Assembly: GCA_041738235.1 (NCBI GenBank)
Contig: JBGSQF010000013.1
Span: 129,583 to 193,582 of the forward strand
Origin: Minisyncoccia bacterium
GTDB taxonomy: Bacteria; Patescibacteriota; Minisyncoccia; Moranbacterales; GCA-2747515
DNA length: 64,000 nt
Direction of reading: 5' to 3'
A program made the translations under genes and the position numbers. Below the pieces are notes generated by a model that saw nothing but the letters and a program-made list of their open reading frames with translations, searched no databases and was not told where the DNA came from. Numbering within the stretch: position 1 is the first letter of the stretch; each line of letters begins with the position of its first letter. Below, piece by piece: positions 29,797 to 37,329 of this stretch.

Positions 29797-29816
29797 GAAT
29801 GACCTGTGCTCATATT

Positions 29817-30269
29817 TCAATGATTGTCTGAGTCTACCCATGCCTTATCAACAATGGCAAGCGTTTTAAAAAATGCAAGATAGACCACTAACATCCCTAT
29901 GCTGAACAGAGCAAAAAGTATATTGATCTCCAGAGGCTGATTTTCGGATGCAAAAATCAGTTCAATGGCTGGCGCAATAATGGATATCTCTACGATGTAT
30001 TTTACGCTAATATGATGGTAGCGCATGTAGTATAAAAGCATCCTATAGGACTTCACAAAAACGATTGTAAGCGCTATCGTGTGGAGCACCTTTTCAGCTG
30101 TGAGATTTGGAAAATTAACATAGAGCTTATAAAACTCCAGCAAAGAAAAGAAAATAAGCACAAATATGGTTGCGAGTATGATGACCGACATGAGACTATC
30201 AGTATACCCAACTATTTTTGATATGCTGCCCTTTTTCATGGAGATATTTTTATTCTTAGAATAAGGCAT
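29817..30269 (-). CDS. PsiE-like (phosphate-starvation-inducible) membrane protein.
   Basis: A 150-aa protein with four transmembrane helices. The topology is PsiE-like. Sequence resemblance is modest. Confidence 0.45.
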   Translation of the reverse strand: MPYSKNKNISMKKGSISKIVGYTDSLMSVIILATIFVLIFFSLLEFYKLYVNFPNLTAEKVLHTIALTIVFVKSYRMLLYYMRYHHISVKYIVEISIIAPAIELIFASENQPLEINILFALFSIGMLVVYLAFFKTLAIVDKAWVDSDNH

Positions 30270-30347
30270 TTGAACGTCTTTTACAATGGATTAGGAGGGA
30301 TAGGGGGCTCAAAAAAGCTTATGCTCTCCCCTGCCCCCAAGAAAAAA

Positions 30348-30752
30348 TTATTTTATCCCGTTCTTTTTAAAGCATGCTGTATATTTTTTATCTTCTTCCA
30401 TAATGTGCACTACAAGCCAATCGTTCATAAATTCAAGTAGGTCATACTCAAAAAGCTCCTGTCCCTCATTGAATCGGCTTTCCAAGAGTTTTATTTGCTT
30501 TTTAAATGTGGCATGACCTCTTTTGTGTTCTTCAGTGTGCTCATAATGAAAATCATCGAAATATCTCTCCTCAAAAGCGAAGTGCTGTTCCGCATATTCT
30601 GACAATCCTTTGAGTATCTTTCGTATAGTTTGTTTGTTGTCTGGCTTTAAGAGTGAATGGGAAAGCCTATTAAGGATCTCCACAAATCTTTTGTGCTGTT
30701 TGTCTATTACTGTGAGTCCAGTGCTATATTCTTCTTTCCAAAGTATTGCCAT
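30348..30752 (-). CDS. Hemerythrin-like (bacteriohemerythrin) protein.
   Basis: It contains WKEEYSTGLTVIDKQHK...H...E, the H/E iron-ligand pattern. The start is trimmed to MAILW. Confidence 0.8.
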   Translation of the reverse strand: MAILWKEEYSTGLTVIDKQHKRFVEILNRLSHSLLKPDNKQTIRKILKGLSEYAEQHFAFEERYFDDFHYEHTEEHKRGHATFKKQIKLLESRFNEGQELFEYDLLEFMNDWLVVHIMEEDKKYTACFKKNGIK

Positions 30753-31134
30753 AAGGCTCGGGTATATAAGAATAGACCTATTTTTCCTCCTTTTTAAAAC
30801 CATAGCATATTTTTTCTATTTATGCTAAGCTCATTCATAGAAGACCTTCAGAATAAGGCACTGAATACGGGCGCGAAAGTGCTCATCATGGAACCCACCT
30901 GAGATCTCAGGGAAAATATATTTTTTCCGATGTCTATTTTTACGGGATCCATACGTGCCTTTGCATTGAGGGTCTTTTTGGTTTTTTTGCCCTTTAATAG
31001 CTTTGAGACAAAATTTAAAGACGCATACCACCTCAAGTCCTCCTGGACTCTCGGTATTTATGCGCCTCTCGGTTTTAGAAGGAGTGGTCACTTCCTCAAG
31101 GTGGGGTCGATCTCCCACTTGTTTTACGCATTTA

Positions 31135-31156
31135 CTCGACTGCAATCGAGTTTTTT
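31135..31156 (+). terminator. Weak plus-strand hairpin plus U-tract inside a 560-bp noncoding region.
   Basis: The hairpin CTCGActgcaaTCGAG is followed by TTTTTT. No annotated plus-strand gene lies upstream of it. Confidence 0.35.
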
Positions 31157-31364
31157 AGCAGCTACAAGTGTGCTTGTCAGGCAATGAGACGCCTACCTTT
31201 CTGGGGGGTGTAATACCCTCGAGTGAATATTTTTCCTTCTCTCAGCCGAATTTTCAATTTTAGGATAGATTGAAGTTTTTGTCAATAGCAGAATATTTCC
31301 AAAAGAAGCACAAAAAGGGCTTTGATTGTTTTATTATAAGCGTCTTCCCCACCCTACCAATTTT

Positions 31365-32573
31365 CTAAAATGTGCACCAGATGTCATTTTTGGCTTTTTT
31401 TTCAGATTTTACTGCTTGTGCTACCGCTCTGGCTGCACAGGTATCAAATGGGTCTGGAATGATATTATTTGGCCCAGGTTTTTTTACACAAGCGGCGAGT
31501 GCGTGAGCAGCACGTAAAAACATGGCATCGGTGAATTGTGCGATTCCCCCATCCAGAGCACCTCTAAAAAGCCCCGGAAATGCGAGTACGTTATTTACCT
31601 GGTTGGGAAAGTCGCTTCGTCCTGTTGCCACAATGCTTGCCCCAGCTTCGAGAGCTTCTTGTGGCATGATCTCCGGATCGGGATTGGCAAGTGCAAATAT
31701 TATAGGATTTGGATGCATAAGTCGCACAAGTTCCTTTGTGAGCACACCTCCTTTACTTACCCCTATGAAGACATCAGCGTCCCGTATGCTTGTACTGAGT
31801 CCACCTGTAATACACCGAGGATCATCTATATCAATCTGGCAAGAGATATTTGTCAACATGGCAAGTTTTTCTTTTTCACTCTCCATTTGGGTGCGCCCTG
31901 TATAGAGAGCGCCTTTGCTATCTGACACGACCACATTTCGAAAACCTTCCATGAGCAAAAGCTTGACGATCGAAACACCGGCAGCGCCAGCACCATTTAC
32001 AATCACCTTGGCCTCTTTTTTATCTATTCCTCGGATCCTGAGAGCGTTGAGAAGTCCAGCCAACACAACAATGGCCGTCCCATGTTGATCGTCATGCATA
32101 ACTGGGATAGGGAGAAGTTTACGAAGCCGCTCTTCCACCTCAAAACATCTTGGCGCAGAAATATCTTCCAAGTTGATACCTCCAAATGTAGGCGCGATAG
32201 CTTTTATAGCTGCTACTATCTCATCTACATTTTGTGTATCTAAGACTATGGGCATTGCATCAACATTCGCAAATCGTTTAAAGAGAGCTGCCTTTCCCTC
32301 CATAACCGGAAGCGCTGGAAGTGCTCCCAAATTTCCCAGACCCAAAACAGCAGAACCGTCTGAAATGACCGCTATGGTATTTCGCTTAGAGGTTAGTTCC
32401 CGAGAGCGCTTCGGGTCGTTCGCAATAACATGACACACCTCTGCCACACCCGGAGTATAGACTAGAGAAAGATCCTCGCGATCCTCAATGGCCACTTTTC
32501 CTGTGATCTCGATCTTTCCTTTATGTTTTTTGTGCAACAAAACGGAACGTTCTCCCAGTGATGATCTTTTCAT
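31365..32573 (-). CDS. NAD(P)-dependent malic enzyme (small ~400-aa type, no PTA domain).
   Basis: It contains LSLVYTPGVA and the Rossmann motif VNGAGAAG. It aligns along its full length with malic enzymes. Confidence 0.9.
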   Translation of the reverse strand: MKRSSLGERSVLLHKKHKGKIEITGKVAIEDREDLSLVYTPGVAEVCHVIANDPKRSRELTSKRNTIAVISDGSAVLGLGNLGALPALPVMEGKAALFKRFANVDAMPIVLDTQNVDEIVAAIKAIAPTFGGINLEDISAPRCFEVEERLRKLLPIPVMHDDQHGTAIVVLAGLLNALRIRGIDKKEAKVIVNGAGAAGVSIVKLLLMEGFRNVVVSDSKGALYTGRTQMESEKEKLAMLTNISCQIDIDDPRCITGGLSTSIRDADVFIGVSKGGVLTKELVRLMHPNPIIFALANPDPEIMPQEALEAGASIVATGRSDFPNQVNNVLAFPGLFRGALDGGIAQFTDAMFLRAAHALAACVKKPGPNNIIPDPFDTCAARAVAQAVKSEKKAKNDIWCTF

Positions 32574-32582
32574 ATCTTATTG

Positions 32583-32972
32583 CTATTCGGCGTGATGGTG
32601 TTCCTTTTCGTACTCATCAGCTTCTGCCTTGTTATGATGAACCGTTCCATCTGGATGTTCAGCTGGGGCGTAGACCGTATAAAGTTTCATAGGCTTTTCT
32701 CCAGAATTGATCACATTATGTTGTGACCCTGCAGGAACGATGATTGCTGATCCATCCATAAGGGAAAATTCTTCGTTACCAATGATTGCCTTCCCCTCCC
32801 CTTCTTCTACGCGAATGAATTGGTCATGTGTGTCATGTGTTTCCAAGCCGATCTCTTCACCAGATTGTAGCGTCATAAGAACGAGTTGCATGTGTTTGGC
32901 CGTAAACAAAACCCTGCGAAAGTCATCATTACTCAGTGTTGCTTGTTCAAGTGATACGTGAAATCCTTGCAT
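32583..32972 (-). CDS. Cupin-domain protein.
   Basis: A 129-aa protein with cupin motifs (G..H.H...E...G; PAGSQH) and a His-rich tail. Confidence 0.7.
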   Translation of the reverse strand: MQGFHVSLEQATLSNDDFRRVLFTAKHMQLVLMTLQSGEEIGLETHDTHDQFIRVEEGEGKAIIGNEEFSLMDGSAIIVPAGSQHNVINSGEKPMKLYTVYAPAEHPDGTVHHNKAEADEYEKEHHHAE

Positions 32973-33178
32973 ATTTTTTCTTTAAAAAATTAGAAATCCC
33001 AAATACACTTACTAATACGCCAAACAGGGTCTAAAATTTCAGCTTATAGGGGCACCTTGATCCGCTGATGCCCGCTCTGCGCATCTTTCCAAAACAATAC
33101 GTGTTTCCCTATCATCTTTACAAGAAGTATCTATAGACCCAAAGGAGTGTGCGATCCATGACATGCTTCTAAGAAACC

Positions 33179-34633
33179 CTAGGAAATAAGTAAAATTGCT
33201 ATATGTATACGCTTAAGTGTGGCTTCTTTGCCGATCACCCAGGCGATGTCTTGAGGTGGAGGCGACTGTTTGGCGCCAGTCAGAGACACGCGAAGTGGCC
33301 AGAGAAACTCTCCTCGCCGTTCACCCGCTTCAGCAAGAAATATTTCCCCTAATTTTTCACGATCCCAATTTTCTTTGGGAATATTTTGTATCATTGCATG
33401 AGCTTTCTCAAGCATTTCTCTGAGTATTTTATCGTCCATATCTTTCCACCGAAGCAATGTACTATTATACTCTGGGTCGACAAAAAGGAATGGATTTTTT
33501 TCTCCTATTTGGTCAAGTCGATCAAGTCGATCTTGCTCTATAGCAAGTACCCGCTTCCAGTACTCCTCCCCCACCTCAGGATATTTTGACATCCACGGTT
33601 GAACTTTCTTATATAATTCATCGATCGGCATCCTTTTAATATATTCCCCATTCATCCAATCTAATCGCTTGATATCAAATATTGCTCCAGCCTTGTTAAC
33701 CTGTTCCAAAGAAAAATTCTTTACCAATTCCTCCAGTGAGAATATCTCTTTTTCCGACCCTTTGCCTGGGTTCCAGCCAAGTAATGCCACGAAATTGAGA
33801 ATAGCCTCTTTGAGGTAGCCTTTTTGCACATAATCCTCTACAGCAACATCACCCTGACGTTTAGAAAGCTTGCTTCGGTCAGGATTGAGAAGAAGTGGAA
33901 GATGAGCGAATACCGGTACCTCCCATCCGAATGCACGGTACAACAAAATGTGCTTGGGTGTACTGGGAAGCCACTCTTCACCACGGATCACGTGTGAGAT
34001 CTGCATAACATGATCGTCTATAACGCTTGCCAGATGGTAGGTGGGAAATCCGTCTGACTTAAGGATCACTTGATCATCAAGAAGCTCTGTTCGAAATCCT
34101 ACCTTTCCGCGAATGGCATCCGTGTACTCAACTTGAACGATCTCTTCATTGGGAATCAAGAATCGAATAACGTGTGCTTCACCGGTAACTATTTTTTGTT
34201 TGACCTCCTGTGGAGAAAGATGAAGGCAACGCCTATCATATTTTGGAGCCATTTTTTTTGCTTGCTGTTCTTTCCGCATCGAATCAAGCTCTTCAGGGGA
34301 ACAGAAACAGGGGTAAGCTTTTTTCTCGCTCACTAATTGCTCGGCATATTTTTTGTATATCGAAAGATGTTGTGATTGAAAGATGATCTCGGGATTATCC
34401 CAGGTAAGTCCGGCCCATTTAAGGGATTCCTGCAGTTTTTCTTCTGCTCCTGCAACATAGCGGCTTCGGTCGGTATCCTCGATACGCAAATAAAACCCTC
34501 CATCGTGATGACGTGCAAATAAGAAGCTATAGAGAGCTGTGCGTAGACCACCAATGTGCAGATACCCCGTTGGGGATGGTGCAAATCGCGTACGAATAGA
34601 CGTATGGCTCTTTGATGTCGTAGTTGCTGTCAT
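33179..34633 (-). CDS. gltX: Glutamyl-tRNA synthetase.
   Basis: It has an HIGH-like motif (PTGYLHIGG) and a KMSKS-like motif (KLSKR). It is 484 aa. Confidence 0.9.
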   Translation of the reverse strand: MTATTTSKSHTSIRTRFAPSPTGYLHIGGLRTALYSFLFARHHDGGFYLRIEDTDRSRYVAGAEEKLQESLKWAGLTWDNPEIIFQSQHLSIYKKYAEQLVSEKKAYPCFCSPEELDSMRKEQQAKKMAPKYDRRCLHLSPQEVKQKIVTGEAHVIRFLIPNEEIVQVEYTDAIRGKVGFRTELLDDQVILKSDGFPTYHLASVIDDHVMQISHVIRGEEWLPSTPKHILLYRAFGWEVPVFAHLPLLLNPDRSKLSKRQGDVAVEDYVQKGYLKEAILNFVALLGWNPGKGSEKEIFSLEELVKNFSLEQVNKAGAIFDIKRLDWMNGEYIKRMPIDELYKKVQPWMSKYPEVGEEYWKRVLAIEQDRLDRLDQIGEKNPFLFVDPEYNSTLLRWKDMDDKILREMLEKAHAMIQNIPKENWDREKLGEIFLAEAGERRGEFLWPLRVSLTGAKQSPPPQDIAWVIGKEATLKRIHIAILLIS

Positions 34634-34723
34634 TGCAGTAGAGTAAAATGTGTTTATTCTGTAAATTTAGATTATCACGTCACAACTGGAACTGCAATAT
34701 TTTCCTACAAACAAGGTATATTA

Positions 34724-35473
34724 CTATTCTTCCTTTTTAAGGATATATTCAAAAATGAGCAATGTTGGGAAAACGATAACAGCGCGGAAAATACGCAGTA
34801 CACGACTTGGTTGTCGTATCAAACGAAAAAGCCACTCAAAGCCCAACCGTTGCATCCAACCAGGGGCACGGGAAACTTTTCCGGTCATAAAGTCAAAAGC
34901 ACCTCCTACACCCATCATAATAGCGGGAATTTTTTTCTCTTGTAACTCTCTTAAAAGAAGCTCTTGTTGAGGCGCCCCGAGAGAAGCAAGGATCACTTGA
35001 GCCGTTGAGATCTCTTTGATCATTGTAGAGGATGCCCATTGTTTTGATCCCGAATTTCTGAGTGGAGGGATCAGATCAAACCCGAAGAGCTGTATATTGG
35101 GATATTTTTTTTGAATACGTTCTTTTATTTCCAGAAGCGTACTAAGTCCATGCCTGTGATTGATAACACATACGGTCCAACGATCTCTATGTGCCATTGC
35201 CAAAAGGTCTGAAACCAAATCTACACCAGTGATCCGATCTGGCGCATGACTTCCTCGGATCCAGTAGGCCAACGCGATCCCGTATCCATCACGCACACAT
35301 ATATCAGCGTGACAGAGCGCATCGGAAAATTCAAGATCTCGACGTGCTCTCAAAAGAAATTCCGGATTGATCGTTGCGATGCGAAGAGGTTTTTTGAGTT
35401 GTATGTACTCCCCTATCTGGTGAAGGAGCTCTCGTTTCGAAATGTCGTGTATGGGAACGTTAAATATCTTCAT
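34724..35473 (-). CDS. WecB/TagA/CpsF-family glycosyltransferase (GT26).
   Basis: It contains GVDLV...GFEWLFRLIRQPSRVLR. It is 249 aa. Confidence 0.85.
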   Translation of the reverse strand: MKIFNVPIHDISKRELLHQIGEYIQLKKPLRIATINPEFLLRARRDLEFSDALCHADICVRDGYGIALAYWIRGSHAPDRITGVDLVSDLLAMAHRDRWTVCVINHRHGLSTLLEIKERIQKKYPNIQLFGFDLIPPLRNSGSKQWASSTMIKEISTAQVILASLGAPQQELLLRELQEKKIPAIMMGVGGAFDFMTGKVSRAPGWMQRLGFEWLFRLIRQPSRVLRIFRAVIVFPTLLIFEYILKKEE

Positions 35474-35622
35474 ATTCCCTATTCTACTCTAGGTAGCGAT
35501 ATATTGACAAATCGTAGGTAACATGCTTAGATGTACAATCCTCTGGAAACTCTGTCTCAATGATGGGGACGAAGTGCGATCCGTGAGGTCAGCCAGGCGC
35601 CCAACATAGGGAGGCGCCATAC

Positions 35623-35862
35623 ATGGGGCAACATGCCCCAAGGAGAAAGACCGTGTCCTACCTAGTACTAAGTCGCCGAGCTGGAGAAAAAATCCTAATT
35701 GGCGATAACATGGTGATCACCATCGTGGAGCTCGGCGGAGGCCAGGTCAAGGTTGGTGTGAAGGCTCCGCCCGAGGTTCCGGTTGACAGGGAAGAGGTTC
35801 GGAAACGCAAGGAGGCCGAAAAGGACTATCGGAGGCGGAAAAAGGATCGCAACCGCCGTTAG
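35623..35862 (+). CDS. csrA: Carbon storage regulator CsrA-family RNA-binding protein with a basic C-terminal tail.
   Basis: The motif LVLSRRAGEKILIGDNMVITIVELGGGQVKVGVKAPPEVPVDREEV aligns with CsrA, including the VxREE region. The locus is about 58% GC against about 42% for the window. An alternative start is GTG 35653, which lies 7 nt after an AAGGAG Shine-Dalgarno. Confidence 0.75.
   Translation: MGQHAPRRKTVSYLVLSRRAGEKILIGDNMVITIVELGGGQVKVGVKAPPEVPVDREEVRKRKEAEKDYRRRKKDRNRR
35625..35645 (+). promoter_or_regulatory. Leader hairpin GGGGCAacaTGCCCC followed by an AAGGAG Shine-Dalgarno, upstream of the csrA GTG start.
   Basis: This is a perfect 6-bp stem with a 3-nt loop, read from the sequence. 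GGA-containing sites flank it (aGGGAGG, aaGGAGaa). Confidence 0.4.
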
Positions 35863-35957
35863 ACGGCGACAGCCAGAGGCCAGGGACGGCCCAACAAGAA
35901 ACATCGCAGGAAGCATCCGCGGTGTTTTTTTAATGGGGATTTTTTTGGACAGATTAC

Positions 35958-36500
35958 TTATCTCCCCAGCCCGATCCGTTCGATAGCAACGTACTTTCGT
36001 TTACCTTCAATGATGGTGCTTTCAAATATCAAAACCTCCGTGGCAGGAACAGAAAAGTGTGCGGCAATATCGATCACAGGTTTTTGTGGGAGTGCTTTCC
36101 ATTGTCCTCGACGTACACGTCCTAGGGTGATGTGTGGGTGAAACGATCGGCGGTCCACTACAAAATCACTCAGAGACCTTGCAATACGATTATAAAGATC
36201 TTTTAACTCGTCATTCCCCTCCCCTGTCAGCTCAATGCGGTCAGGATTGTCTATTGGCGTTATCGCAATTTGAGAAACATCCACATCAAAAGCCATCACT
36301 TCTTGACAAGCAAGGGAGATCTTTTCCACGATCTCCGGGAGATCCATGTCATCTACCCAACCCAAGAATAACACCGTGATGTGACGATTTTCCGAGACCG
36401 TCCAAATGACCGGAAGTTCCAAGAAAGGTTCGATCTTTCGGTCGATCCGCTTACCGATGTCCTGAGGCACCGAAATACCAATAAAAAGTCTTCGTTTCAT
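35958..36500 (-). CDS. thpR: 2'-5' RNA ligase / 2H phosphoesterase (LigT/ThpR family).
   Basis: It has two HxT/S motifs (HITVLF and HITLGR). It is about 180 aa after trimming the start to MKRRLFIG. Confidence 0.8.
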   Translation of the reverse strand: MKRRLFIGISVPQDIGKRIDRKIEPFLELPVIWTVSENRHITVLFLGWVDDMDLPEIVEKISLACQEVMAFDVDVSQIAITPIDNPDRIELTGEGNDELKDLYNRIARSLSDFVVDRRSFHPHITLGRVRRGQWKALPQKPVIDIAAHFSVPATEVLIFESTIIEGKRKYVAIERIGLGR

Positions 36501-36618
36501 ATACCTATTGAAACACGAGGTTCGCTTTTTGTACAGGATAGAAGTTTGACTTTTTTTACTGTACCCAGTAAAATTATCTTTCTTCTTTAACAATCCAAAA
36601 ACCCCCAGGAGGTGCAAG

Positions 36619-37248
36619 ATGGACAGGAAAGAGCCTTTCCTGCTATCACTCGCCCTCCGTGGGCGAAAAGGAAACGAAAAGGTGCAGGATGCATTCTTTT
36701 TCATGATGGAGGCCCATCAGGGACAGACCAGGGATACGGGTGAACCGTACTTGGTACACCCCCTCGGCGCAGCTAGGATAGTGTGCTGTGAATTGGGACT
36801 TACGGATGATGTGGAACTCCTTCAGGCGTTGCTGTTGCACGACATCCTGGAGGACACGCGGAAAACTGAAAGGGAACTCTTGGAAAGGTTTGGGGAGGTG
36901 GTGACCGGCTTAGTGGTAATTGTCACAAAGCCTCCAAAACCGCTTGATGAGAAACCACCAGTATTTCAAGCAGTGGAACTTTCCCGCAAGGACCACGCAC
37001 GCAGGATATATGTGCAGGGGATTGCCGACTACCCCGATTGGCGAGCAATACTGGTGAAGCTCGCAGACGCGCTTCACAACCTCCGAACGCTTGACCCCAG
37101 GAAGCCGGAAAAGAGGAAGAGAGTCAAGGAAAAGGTCCTCTTTTACTATCTCTGGTTGGTCGACGTGCTTATCAAGAAAGCACCTGACCAAAGAGAACGT
37201 GCTAAATATCTCCGCAGAGAGATCCTTTTGGCAATCCAATCCATCTAG
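36619..37248 (+). CDS. RelA/SpoT-type HD-domain protein (small alarmone hydrolase, (p)ppGpp hydrolase-like).
   Basis: It contains AHQGQTRDTGEPYLVHPL...LLHDILEDT...ILVKLADALHNLRTL, the canonical SpoT HD hydrolase motifs. At 209 aa it has no synthetase domain. Confidence 0.75.
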   Translation: MDRKEPFLLSLALRGRKGNEKVQDAFFFMMEAHQGQTRDTGEPYLVHPLGAARIVCCELGLTDDVELLQALLLHDILEDTRKTERELLERFGEVVTGLVVIVTKPPKPLDEKPPVFQAVELSRKDHARRIYVQGIADYPDWRAILVKLADALHNLRTLDPRKPEKRKRVKEKVLFYYLWLVDVLIKKAPDQRERAKYLRREILLAIQSI

Positions 37249-37329
37249 AACCCCCGGGACGCAGTAGCGCTCGGGGGTTCAACACATAGACCTTTGCGTT
37301 CGAGCGCCTTCTTGCTACACTAACGATAT

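Noticed and set aside
30831-31187. Overlapping K/R-rich ORFs (104 aa on the minus strand, 85 aa on the plus strand) in the same gap.
   Set aside because: The composition is not protein-like and the two ORFs are mutually overlapping. They are probably noncoding.
30804-31364. tmRNA (ssrA) hypothesis for the 560-bp gap.
   Set aside because: I found no tRNA-like acceptor / T-arm / CCA 3' end, no GGGG...TTCGACG 5' motif and no ANDENYALAA-type tag reading frame on either strand.
32973-33178. SRP RNA / small ncRNA in the 200-bp gltX-cupin gap.
   Set aside because: There is a GGGCA...TGCCC hairpin but no SRP domain IV consensus (GGAAG..AGCAG). It is more likely a terminator/promoter region.
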